NCBI GenBank assembly: GCA_965209085.1
Contig: OZ242376.1
Coordinates: forward strand, 640,001 to 704,000
DNA from: Nitrosopumilaceae archaeon
GTDB lineage: Archaea; Thermoproteota; Nitrososphaeria; Nitrososphaerales; Nitrosopumilaceae
Length of the DNA: 64,000 bases
Direction: 5' to 3'
Within the stretch, counting starts at the first letter, position 1; each line of letters opens with the position of its first letter. This document shows positions 44,054 to 55,288 of this stretch, one piece after another. The notes beneath the pieces are model-generated. The model searched no databases. It was not told where the DNA came from and saw only the letters and a program-made list of their open reading frames with translations. A program made the translations under genes and the position numbers.

Positions 44054-46342
44054 TTGGAGAAGTTAATATCTAAACTTGCACATATGGATTGTCACGTTAT
44101 TTGCATATCCCATAAAGCTGATGTGGATGGCATTGGTGCTGCTACTTTAATAAAAAAAATTTTTAATGCAGAACCAATTTTAGTAGATACTAATGATTTT
44201 ATTAAAACACTTGAGATTGTTTCTAATACTGAAAAATTAAAAAAACTCTATATTTGTGATTTTGGTATCGATATTAAAGATACACAACAATTCAACAAAA
44301 TAATAAATAATCTCATTGCCAAAAATATTTTGGTAACATATATTAGATGCCTTGCGTAATAAAGAAATTCGATCATGCAGTCCAAACTTTTAGATCACAT
44401 CGATCTATTTTCATGCATATTTACGGTGTTTTGTGTTCTCAGAAACGACAATGCGCAAAAAACCGCATGCATTCAAGGCGTTTACCGGTCTTACGGTCGA
44501 AGAATTTGATTCCTTGATTCCTGGCATACGTAAAAAATATCTTGAATGCCAGCTGGATGTTGCAGATGCAGCAGAAAGACAACGAAGTCCAGGAGGAGGC
44601 AGGAAACATCACTTGTCACTGCCAGATCGGTTAATAATGACGCTTGTTTATTTACGAGAATACCAGTCGTATGAAAAAATAGGATACATGTTTGACTTGG
44701 ATCAAAGTAATGTACAACGAAACATAGGCATGATTCTAAAGATATTGGCAGATATTCTTCCAACTCCACATAAACTACACAAACAAGTTTTAGAAATAAA
44801 ATCTTCCAAAGATCTTGAAAAGAATTTTCCAGACAATTATTGCGTTACAGATGCTACAGAACAACGGGTATGGCGTCCAAGTGACAAGGAAGAACAAAAG
44901 AAAAACTATTCTGGCAAGCACAAAACACATACTAGAAAAACAACAGAAGTCATAAACGGAAACGGAATGATCTTGTATAGCTCAATGTCATATCCTGGCA
45001 GTGTACACGATTATGCCATTGTGAAAGAGAATCACCCACTGCAGTGTGAAAACAAAATTACGCAGGATCTGCTGAATTCTGTCTCAAATCTCTATGATAG
45101 CGCATATCAGGGAATACATGACGCGTTTCCACAAGCAAATTCGATCATACCCTGTAAAAAATATAAAAACAAAAAGAGAACCCGTGAACAAATATTTCAC
45201 AATAAATTACTCTCAAGCGTACGTGTGCGGATAGAACATGTTTACAGCAGAATTAAGAAATTCAACATACGCCGAGATGTATTCCGATCCCGATTTGATA
45301 AATATGATGGAATCGTGCAGGTTGTAAACGGATTAATAAATTACAAAAATGAGTGGGCACGCTCATTATAATATCATACTGCACGCCAGATATTGACCAG
45401 ATGTACATGTTGTCGTGTGGATTTGCAAACCTACATTGTTCCAACATGAATTACTGCAAACGGTGATCACATAATTGACATGTGGCGTATTGTCTTAGAT
45501 TAACTGTAAATCATATTCCAGAATGTGATTTTTTAACATAACACTTTAATTATTAGGCACAATATATTGTTATGCCGAATTTTTTATTACGCAAGACATC
45601 TATTGATCATCACGATACAGACCAAAAAATTATTGAAGAATTAAAAATTAAAATAAATGTAATTCATAATAGTTCTGAATGCGCAACAGTTCTTGCATAC
45701 AATGAATTTGGTGAAAATTTATCATATACTGCACAATTTTTAGCTGCATGTGCTGCAATCACTGATTATACCGACAAAGCACCTAAAAGCAGTAAGCTTG
45801 TAAGCATGTTTGATCGACAATTTTTATTTGCAAATGCTACAATGTTTACCTATTACATTTCAGATAATCAAAAGAAGGATAATGTTTTAGAAAAATTGAT
45901 CATAGAATTAATAAATTCTAATCTTCCCTGTGAAATTACAGGATTATATAAAAGTGCAAAAGATGCAATGTCAAAAATTGCACAATTGATTCCATATGTG
46001 GATAAAAATAAAATCATTTTGGATAATCTCGCATATTTAGAAATCAAAAAATCTTGGCGCCCACGTGATGTCACTCATTTTGTTCATGGTTTATCAGGCA
46101 AAAATGTTGGAATTGCGTATAAAAAGAAGTCAAATAATGAGTACGGCGTGTCAATAAAAGGTTCAGGGGACAATCCTCATTTGGGAAATTTGGTAAGCAC
46201 ATTAGCACCTAAATTTGGTGGATTTGGATGTGGGCTTAAAAACGCATGTGGTTGCAACATACCAACATTAAAAATGATTTCATTCATACATGAATTTGAT
46301 AAACATGTTGGATTATATTTTAATAGTAGACCGTATGCATAA
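44054..46342 (+). pseudogene. DHH-family phosphoesterase (RecJ/NrnA-like) split by IS5 element B
   Basis: SHKADVDG and ICDFG upstream of the IS. Removing the IS and one ATT restores TYI-DHH. DHHA1-like GGFG.G...ACG at the C-terminus. Confidence 0.85.
44345..45601 (+). mobile_element. IS5-family element B, intact (transposase 44433-45371)
   Basis: TIRs AGATGCCTTGCGTAATAAA / TTTATTACGCAAGACATCT; ATT duplication; DATE, YSGK, GSVHD, DSAYQG, RVRIEH. Confidence 0.92.
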
Positions 46343-47737
46343 TCGTTCAAATCGGTCATTTTTATTCGTAAAAATTGTGAATTTGGTTCATTATGCATAA
46401 CCATATGTGAATAGAGCTTCTAAGACCACAGATGGTTGTAAGAATGTCAAACGATCCGTATCACCGAAACGTAAATCATCTAAAAAAGATCCAAATGTAA
46501 ACAAACAGATTGCCACATATTCTGGGAAGGATATGTTTGTTGGAATGGACGTTCACAAGAAATTTCTCCAAATTGCAATGATGGATGAAAAAGCCAAAGT
46601 GATTTTTAATGAGAGGATTGAAAATGAAAACAAGTCCATCAGCCGATTCTTCAGATCAAGTGTACCTGAAAATGCAAAAATCGTAATGGAATCTTCGTCC
46701 GTATGGTACGGATTATATCGATACATGACAGATAAAATGGGTTATGATGTCGTATTGTCAAATCCATGGGCGACAAAAATCATCGCCGCATCCAAGAAAA
46801 AGACCGACAAGAGGGATGCTGTAACACTTGCAGACCTATTACGGTGTGGATGCATATCCCTCTGTCATGTCTCAAACAAGGACATAGTGGAACAACGACA
46901 ACTTGTACGATATCGTGAGTCTTATCAAGACAAGGACAACTCTAAAAAACAAAATACATGGAATTTTGTTACAGGGAGTGATAAAGATCTTTGGAGCAAC
47001 ATTTACGCTTGCATACAATAGAAAACTGCGTTCTCTAAAGGATTGCCGTATAAACGGATATTTGGATTCTATTGGATTCGTTAATACAAAAATTGCAGAC
47101 TCAAACATAAAAGTACACAACGCATCCTGTTCAAACAAGGATGCAATGTTGCTCAAGACAATACCTGGCATAGGTGATTTTATTTCATTGGTACTGGCAG
47201 CAGAGATTGATGAAAATGAGAGGTTTTCTGAACCAAAACAACTCAAATCATATGCGAGTCTTGCCCCATCGGTTCGCAATTCAGCAGATGTGGTACATCA
47301 TGGACATATAACAAAAAGAGGCAGCAGGATGATACGGTGGGCACTGGTGGAAGCTGTTACCACCCATGTCTGATTTGCATCAGAGAGTAACATTTCTGAA
47401 TTTTACCGACGTCTTGCAAAAAAGAGAGGATCATCCAAGGCCAAAGTTGCAGCAGCGGCCAAGATGCTGGATATCATATTTCGTATGCTAAAGGATAGGA
47501 GTGAATTTGAAATACATCATCGTTAAAGCAACAAACCGCGAGTTAGAGTTTGGGGATGTTACCCCGTTGCATAACTGCGGTAAGCTTTAACATGTGGATA
47601 AAGATGGTTGTGGGATTAAATCCCGAATGGATAGATGTCTTTTTACCTTTTGACTGGAAACAAACACATAGCGAAAGCCATACCGCATGACACAAAAAAG
47701 CAAGAAACCTTTAAAAAGTATTCACATGGATAACTCT
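46328..47737 (+). mobile_element. MITE interrupted in its TIR by IS110 variant 1 (46400-47730, pseudogenised)
   Basis: AGACCGTATGCATAAT...ATTATGCA-TA-[IS110]-TA-ACTCT. Confidence 0.9.
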
Positions 47738-47866
47738 AAAGGCGAATATTTTTCTAGTTTTGATTTCTACAAGAAAGTGTATCTTGATAAATCCGTGCCG
47801 TACGTTCCATTTTTCACGTATCCGTTCGCCACGATCGTTTAGCTGCAGGTAGATAACTGTCAACTG

Positions 47867-48184
47867 TCAGCATGTGCAATCGTTGTCAGTTCTGTACACA
47901 TGCTCATCATAATTTAGCGTTACATCAAGTGCATTTATCCTTCTGCACATGGTGGTGTGATCTGATACATCATCTCTTAGAATGCTGCGTGCTATTCCCT
48001 CGTATGCCCTGTAAGAGATGCCCGTACACGATTTGATTAATGCAAGCGTTTCAAACATGCTGTATGTATACTTGAAACGTCTGCCGTTTTTGTTCTTGTT
48101 TTTTGCTCTGATTTGGATCCTCCAGACTCGGGATTTTTTAAAATTCAAAAATTTACCGCGTGCGATGCATCTGTGATCACTCAT
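47867..48184 (-). pseudogene. IS5 (IS903-like) transposase N-terminal remnant
   Basis: NKNKNGRRFKY, ISYRAYEG, DHTTMCRR. Confidence 0.65.
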
Positions 48185-48402
48185 GCAGACAACATCTCAC
48201 GGTAATGCCACCTGTCTGTATACGGTGCGGTGAAGACATACGACAGAAATATTAATTGACATGATGTACTCAACACGGATCATCTATGGTGGGTTTTGTT
48301 TTCATCGATAATCCATATATCTGGGGGTGATCTATTTGTTTAGATGAGATTATTGTCAGATGTGCAGTTTAGGCAGGTTATACAACTACGTAAAAAAGAT
48401 GG

Positions 48403-49180
48403 ATGCCGATTAATGTGTCATCCCAAACGATTCTTGGACAAAAATGTTTGCGAGAATTAAACATATGGTCAATAAACGATTCACTAGACGTTATTTCGTT
48501 CCTAAATGACAGGATTTACCAATTGGATCTTCGAATACGTAAAAAAGCAGAAAATGGCAAATATGCAAAAATCCTTATCACCATGCCTGGAATATCATAC
48601 TATTCGGCACTTTCTATATCTGCAGAGATTGTAGACATTGACAGATTTGAAAACCATGAACACTTGTGTTCATATGCACGATTGATTCCAAGAGTGTATC
48701 AATCTGGGGAAAAGCTAGAGATGCGCGCTGTAGGAAAACGTGGAAGTCAAATGCTCAGCTGGATGACTGTACAATGCATGTTTGTTCACAGAAAAAATTG
48801 TCCAAATTCGGTAATCACCATACACTACAACAAGATAGCAGAAAGACGCAACAAATCAAAGGCAAAGATCGTAGCGGCTAGAAAGATGATGAAAATCATC
48901 TATGTAATGCTAAAAGAAAACACATCTTTTAGACATGATGGATAAGTGGACGGCATAAAGGCCCATAACGTTCTTGTACTACAAGTGCGTGAATGAGGTC
49001 GGGTCCATAATGCCGCATAAGCGAAAACCACGATGCGTTTGGAACGTGAATAGTAGTATGCGATCCATCTGATTCAAAATCCACAAATGTGGAGACTGAC
49101 CCATAGCGATAGATATGCACCGTTTTAAACAAAACCGTGTAAGTTTATAACAAAATGACTCCAATCGTTCATAGGAGAAC
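48403..49180 (+). mobile_element. Third, divergent IS110 element: C-terminal transposase fragment (48403-48945) plus 3' non-coding region
   Basis: TMPGI, AEIVDIDRF, SYARLIPRVYQSG, AARK (Transposase_20-like). Right boundary approximate. Confidence 0.75.
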
Positions 49181-49258
49181 CATTCTTTTGAAAATATTAA
49201 TACAAGAACCAATCATGGTTGATCATGGTATTATATGTAAAAGATGTAACAGTTGTAG

Positions 49259-52126
49259 ATGATATGGTGTTTAATATTGACCACAAGTGAAACCGAGTTA
49301 AACAGTGCCATGTCTGAAGTTCTAAATGATATGCGTGAAAATTGGAATGTAAAAGGTGAACAGATGGGAAAGATTTTGGAAGGAGGAAAGAGACCTGACA
49401 TAATAATTACAGAAGAAGGTTATGCTCCAGTAATTATAGAAAATGAATTTGAACCTGCAATTACGGTGGAAACGGATGCTAAAGAACGACTTCATCTTAA
49501 ACATCGTGATACAGGATTGAATATAGAATCATTAATAGCAATTAAAGTTCCTAAACAATTGAAAAATTTTAATGGGATGGAACTAAGATCTGAATTAACA
49601 AAAACCAATACATTGCAATACGTCATATATACTCCAGAGAGATATCCTGATAAAGGATGGATTATTGGTAATCTTGTAGATATAGTAACAGCTGCACAAA
49701 TAATATCAATTCCAAAACAACAAGTAGAAGAATGTGTAAATTTATTAAATGAAAGTATGAAAAGAATTTCAAATCATATAAATACACTTAATGATCAAAA
49801 AAAACAAGAAATTGCAAACAGATTAAATCAAAATCCGTGTGAACAAACATGGAAAATGGCAGCATTAGTCACATCAAATGCTTTATTGTTTTATGATATT
49901 ATCTCTGGAACTAATGAAGCAGAAAACATAAATATAAAAAGTATATCAAAATTACATATTCTTGGATCTATTCCACAAAATATGTTAGTAGAAGCTTGGA
50001 ATAATGTATTAAAAATTAATTATTATCCGATATTCAAAGTCGCACAAGATATATTGCAAATCATGAATGAAGATGTAGCTAGTAAAGTAATACAGGAATT
50101 AGTAAAAACTAATGGTGTGGTCATTGCAAAACGATTGACACGATCATCTGATATGTATGGATTATTATTTCAAAAAGTAATAAGTGATCGAAGTAAGCTT
50201 GCTACATTTTATACTAGACCAGAATCTGCTGTACTTATAGCAACTATTGTGGTTCCATCTCCAACGGATAATTTATGGAATGATGAAAATATTTTAAAAT
50301 ATCGTGTAGCAGATTTTGCATGTGGTACTGGCATATTACTTACATCTATCTATAAAAAAATAATTTCCAATTATGAAATTAATGGAGGTAACATGAAGAT
50401 TATGCATACCCGTATGATGGAGAATTGCATCCATGGTCTTGACGTGCTTCCAATTGCTACACATTTGACAGTGTCTGCATTAGCTAGTATATTTCCTACA
50501 AGAATATTCACTAAAACAAAAATTCATACTATGCCCATAGGTATACAATTAAAAGGTGAAAAAGATTACAGGTTAGGATCATTGGATCTAATAGACGATA
50601 CTAATAAAAGTACACTATTTCCTTCTAGTCAACAAATCACAGGAAGTGGTGAAAGTGGCAGCACACACCATGGAATACATGACGCATCATGCGATTTAAT
50701 TGTAATGAATCCTCCATTTGTTAGACCAACAAATCATGTTGGTACGCACCAGGGTGATGCAGTTCCTGCATATGCCGCGTTTAATACAACAATCGAGGAT
50801 CAGAAAGAAATGGGCAAATTAGCAAGTAAAAAATTTCAAGGCACATGCGCTAATGGTAATGCTGGTCTTGCTTCAAATTTTGTTGCAATTTGTGATAAAA
50901 AGATTGCCAAAAATGGCACTATTGCATTAATACTTCCTGCAACGATATGCAATGGAGAAAGTTGGAGTGCAGTACGTACTTTATTTAATAAATATGATAT
51001 CACAGTAATCAGCATAGCAAGAAAAGAACTAAAATTAGAAGATTATGCTTTCTCATCCGATACCGGAATTGGCGAAATAATACTTATTGCCAAAAAACAT
51101 GATAAGCCAAAAAACTCGAATAATAGAGGAAAATTTGTCGTGTTATCTGAAAGACCATCATCGATTCTTAGTGGAATACATATAGGCACTATAATTAAAA
51201 AACAAGGCATTATTCATAAATTGGAAAACGTGCATGGGGGCTCTCTCTTAAAAGTAGGTGATAAAATTGTAGGAACTATGCTTGATTGCCCTATCGATAA
51301 ATTCTGGCCTTTTGTTAATGTTGTTGATCCAGCATTAATTCAGTACATGCACAAAATTACAAATAATACAACTACAAAATTTATTACATTAGGCAAAATA
51401 TCTATGGTCGGGCCACACGCATTAGATATAACAGGAAATAATCTTAGAGGTCCATTTGATCGGCATTATATTGATGGAATACCATTATACCCTACATTAT
51501 GGAATAACGACAAGGATGCACAATCATCACTAATTGTCAAACCAGATCAAATGTTAATACCGCGAATAGATGCAAAAAACGATCATGTTGAAAAAATATG
51601 GAATACATCTACACATATGCATATCAACATAAACCCTAGATATACATCCCAATCTATAATTGCGGCATATACAAATGTGCCATCGGTAGGTGGAAGATCT
51701 TGGCCAAGTATAATATTAAATAAAAAATATGAAAAAGCATTAACTATATGGTGTAATTCGATATTTGGCATATTCTATTTCTGGTACATTACTGGAAAAC
51801 AGCAGTTTGGTCGCGGTATGTCCTCCAGAACCGCTATTTTATCACTATTAGTGCCAGATTTTAATACATTCGATCCAAAAAAATTAAGATTATATAATTC
51901 ATTATTTGATAAATATAGGTATGAAAAATTACTTCCCATATGCCAACTTCATCGCGATAGCACAAGGAAAAAAATTGATAATGAACTAGCTGATATACTG
52001 GATATCGATATAAACTTGGATGATTTGAGGTTACGACTATGTTCAGAACCGTCAATTAGTGGAGGGAAATTAGATGACGATTTGAAAAAATTTGATCGCG
52101 GTCTTTTATCATTTGACAGCGCTTAA
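49259..52126 (+). CDS. Type IIG-like fused restriction-modification enzyme
   Basis: N-terminal RPDIII...IIENE nuclease-like motif; FYTRP, DFACGTG, MNPPF; C-terminal specificity-like region. Confidence 0.8.
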   Translation: MIWCLILTTSETELNSAMSEVLNDMRENWNVKGEQMGKILEGGKRPDIIITEEGYAPVIIENEFEPAITVETDAKERLHLKHRDTGLNIESLIAIKVPKQLKNFNGMELRSELTKTNTLQYVIYTPERYPDKGWIIGNLVDIVTAAQIISIPKQQVEECVNLLNESMKRISNHINTLNDQKKQEIANRLNQNPCEQTWKMAALVTSNALLFYDIISGTNEAENINIKSISKLHILGSIPQNMLVEAWNNVLKINYYPIFKVAQDILQIMNEDVASKVIQELVKTNGVVIAKRLTRSSDMYGLLFQKVISDRSKLATFYTRPESAVLIATIVVPSPTDNLWNDENILKYRVADFACGTGILLTSIYKKIISNYEINGGNMKIMHTRMMENCIHGLDVLPIATHLTVSALASIFPTRIFTKTKIHTMPIGIQLKGEKDYRLGSLDLIDDTNKSTLFPSSQQITGSGESGSTHHGIHDASCDLIVMNPPFVRPTNHVGTHQGDAVPAYAAFNTTIEDQKEMGKLASKKFQGTCANGNAGLASNFVAICDKKIAKNGTIALILPATICNGESWSAVRTLFNKYDITVISIARKELKLEDYAFSSDTGIGEIILIAKKHDKPKNSNNRGKFVVLSERPSSILSGIHIGTIIKKQGIIHKLENVHGGSLLKVGDKIVGTMLDCPIDKFWPFVNVVDPALIQYMHKITNNTTTKFITLGKISMVGPHALDITGNNLRGPFDRHYIDGIPLYPTLWNNDKDAQSSLIVKPDQMLIPRIDAKNDHVEKIWNTSTHMHININPRYTSQSIIAAYTNVPSVGGRSWPSIILNKKYEKALTIWCNSIFGIFYFWYITGKQQFGRGMSSRTAILSLLVPDFNTFDPKKLRLYNSLFDKYRYEKLLPICQLHRDSTRKKIDNELADILDIDINLDDLRLRLCSEPSISGGKLDDDLKKFDRGLLSFDSA

Positions 52127-52633
52127 AATTTGAACAAATAGACTCTGCACAATCCAATATTGATCAAACATGATGATCTCATACAAAATTATTGATGCAA
52201 AATACAAAAAATCATAGAAATGAATGGAGACTGCTAATTACATTTCATTTTTTTCTTCATTTTTATAGTTTCAAATTCTGTACAAAGATTATCAAGTTCG
52301 TCTGGATGTTCTTTTGTAGCCTTGATCAATGTATTCAAAACATCATGATCGCTAGGCATATTATATATTGCATGTTTTTGGTTATAAATCTTGATGGTGC
52401 ATTAATAGTTCTTAGGGATTTTCTCATAATTCCCTCCTGGAATCATATGTTTATCCGAGTAAAATTGACAACATTTCAAAAGCAATGATGCTTTTGTCTT
52501 TGATACATTTTTTCAATATGCCATTCCAGCCTGAAATCTCCTTCCGCAGATTCCACCGACCTCCGTTATGAGTTCTTTTTACAACTCTGGCCAAAAGATA
52601 TGTTGTTAGAACAATCTCTGGTATGAATTCCAT

Positions 52634-52874
52634 TTATTCGAGCACCTGCCTTGCACCAATTTCTGTGCTAAATCCACAGATGTTTGATAGTCGATTCATA
52701 TCTTGGTGTGTTATCGTACATCTATCATGAGCTAGTCTCAATGAATATGGATACCCTTTGAGGCTATTATTGGCAAGAGAGTTGATCAGTAATTTTATTT
52801 CAGATTCTGTATGACCGTTGTCAAATAATTCCAGTTTTAACAGCGGACAGCAATCCGCAAGGCGTACATATAAT
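52634..52874 (-). pseudogene. NurA-like nuclease C-terminal fragment truncated by IS5 element B
   Basis: GYPYSLRLAHDRCTI motif typical of the NurA C-terminus. Confidence 0.6.
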
Positions 52875-53558
52875 AGATGCCTTGCGTAATAAAGAAATTC
52901 GATCATGCAGTCCAAACTTTTAGATCACATCGATCTATTTTCATGCATATTTACGGTGTTTTGTGTTCTCAGAAACGACAATGCGCAAAAAACCGCATGC
53001 ATTCAAGGCGTTTACCGGTCTTACGGTCGAAGAATTTGATTCCTTGATTCCTGGCATACGTAAAAAATATCTTGAATGCCAGCTGGATGTTGCAGATGCA
53101 GCAGAAAGACAACGAAGTCCAGGAGGAGGCAGGAAACATCACTTGTCACTGCCAGATCGGTTAATAATGACGCTTGTTTATTTACGAGAATACCAGTCGT
53201 ATGAAAAAATAGGATACATGTTTGACTTGGATCAAAGTAATGTACAACGAAACATAGGCATGATTCTAAAGATATTGGCAGATATTCTTCCAACTCCACA
53301 TAAACTACACAAACAAGTTTTAGAAATAAAATCTTCCAAAGATCTTGAAAAGAATTTTCCAGACAATTATTGCGTTACAGATGCTACAGAACAACGGGTA
53401 TGGCGTCCAAGTGACAAGGAAGAACAAAAGAAAAACTATTCTGGCAAGCACAAAACACATACTAGAAAAACAACAGAAGTCATAAACGGAAACGGAATGA
53501 TCTTGTATAGCTCAATGTCATATCCTGGCAGTGTACACGATTATGCCATTAGACCGTA

Positions 53559-53762
53559 TCCATGTGAATACTTTTTAAAGGTTTCTTGCTTTTTTGTGTC
53601 ATGCGGTATGGCTTTCGCTATGTGTCTGGTTCCAACCAAAAGATAAAAGACATCTATCCATTCGGGATTTAATCCCACAACCATCTTCATCTACATGTTA
53701 AAGCTTACCGCAGTTATGCAGCCGGGGTAACATCCCCAAAGTCTAACCCGCGGTTTGTTGCT
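53559..53762 (-). ncRNA. Putative bridge/seek RNA of IS110 variant 1
   Basis: Target-like loop at 53707-53754 (TTAGACTTT / TGCATAA); donor-like loop at about 53646-53688 (ATGGTT / ATGGATA). Confidence 0.7.
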
Positions 53763-54884
53763 TTAACGATGATGTATTTCAAATTCACTCCTATCCTTTA
53801 GCATACGAAATATGATATCCAGCATCTTGGCCGCTGCTGCAACTTTGGCCTTGGATGATCCTCTCTTTTTTGCAAGACGCCGGTAAAATTCAGAAATGTT
53901 ACTCTCTGATGCAAATCGGACATGTGTGGTAACAGCTTCCACCAATGCCCACCGCATCATCCTGCTGCCTCTTTTTGTTATATGTCCGTGATGGACCACA
54001 TCTGCTGAATTACGAACCGATGGGGCAAGACCCGCATATGATTTGAGTTGTTTTGGTTCAGAAAATCTCTCAACTCCATCAATCTCTGCTGCCAGTATCA
54101 ATGAAATAAAATCACCTATGCCAGGTATTGTCTTGAGCAACATTGCATCCTTGTTTGAACAGGATGCGTTGTGTACCTTTATGTTTGAGTCTGCAATTTT
54201 TGTATTAACGAATCCAATAGAATCCAAATATCCGTTTATACGGTAATCCTTTAGAGAACGCAGTTTTCTATTGTATGTAAGCGTAAATGTTGCTCCAAAG
54301 ATCTTTATCCCTCCCTGTAATAAAATTCCATGTATTTTGTTTTTTAGAGTTGTTCTTGTCTTGACAAGACTGTCGCGATATCGTACAAGTTGCCGTTGTT
54401 CCATTATATCCTTGTTTGAGACATGACAGAGGGATATGTATCCGCATCGTAACAGATCTGCAAGTGTTACAGCATCCCTCTTGTCGGTCTTTTTCTTGGA
54501 TGCGGCGATGATTTTTGTCGCCCATGGATTTGACAATACGACATTATAACCCATTTTATCTGTCATGTATCGATATAGACCGTACCATACGGATGAAGAT
54601 TCCATTACGATTTTTGCATTTTCAGGTACGCTTGATCTGAAGAATCGACTGATGGACTTGTTTTCATTTTCAATCCTCTCATTAAAAATCACTTTGGCTT
54701 TTTTATCCATCATTGCAACTTGAAGAAATTTCTTGTGAACGTCCATTCCAACAAACATATTCTTCCCAGAATATGTGGTAATCTGTTTGTTTGCATTTGG
54801 ATCTTTTTTAGATGATTTACGTTTCGGTGATACGGATCGTTTGACATTCTTACAACCATCTGTGGTCTTAGAAGCTCTCTTCAC
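53763..54884 (-). CDS. IS110-family DEDD transposase/recombinase, intact
   Basis: 373 aa; GMDVHK, MES, KTDKRDA, IPGIG, YAGLAPSVRNSA, AAAKML. Confidence 0.95.
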   Translation of the reverse strand: MKRASKTTDGCKNVKRSVSPKRKSSKKDPNANKQITTYSGKNMFVGMDVHKKFLQVAMMDKKAKVIFNERIENENKSISRFFRSSVPENAKIVMESSSVWYGLYRYMTDKMGYNVVLSNPWATKIIAASKKKTDKRDAVTLADLLRCGYISLCHVSNKDIMEQRQLVRYRDSLVKTRTTLKNKIHGILLQGGIKIFGATFTLTYNRKLRSLKDYRINGYLDSIGFVNTKIADSNIKVHNASCSNKDAMLLKTIPGIGDFISLILAAEIDGVERFSEPKQLKSYAGLAPSVRNSADVVHHGHITKRGSRMMRWALVEAVTTHVRFASESNISEFYRRLAKKRGSSKAKVAAAAKMLDIIFRMLKDRSEFEIHHR

Positions 54885-55288
54885 ATATGGTTATGCATAA
54901 TCGTTCAAATCGGTCATTTTTATTCGTAAAAATTGTGAATTTGACCCATTATGCATAAAGTCTATTGTGAAAGAGAATCACCCACTGCAGTGTGAAAACA
55001 AAATTACGCAGGATCTGCTGAATTCTGTCTCAAATCTCTATGATAGCGCATATCAGGGAATACATGACGCGTTTCCACAAGCAAATTCGATTATACCCTG
55101 TAAAAAATATAAAAACAAAAAGAGAACCCGTGAACAAATATTTCACAATAAATTACTCTCAAGCGTACGTGTGCGGATAGAACATGTTTACAGCAGAATT
55201 AAGAAATTCAACATACGCCGAGATGTATTCCGATCCCGATTTGATAAATATGATGGAATCGTGCAGGTTGTAAACGGATTAATAAATT

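Larger units (their letters stand above)
53551..54963 (-). mobile_element. MITE (ATT duplication) interrupted in its TIR by an intact IS110 variant 1 (53559-54891)
   Basis: ATT-AGACCG-TA-[IS110]-TA-TGCATAAT...AAGTCT-ATT. Confidence 0.92.

Noticed and set aside
52130-52633. Possible herA partner downstream of the nurA-like fragment
   Set aside because: Only short broken frames with no HAS-barrel or Walker motif recognisable.
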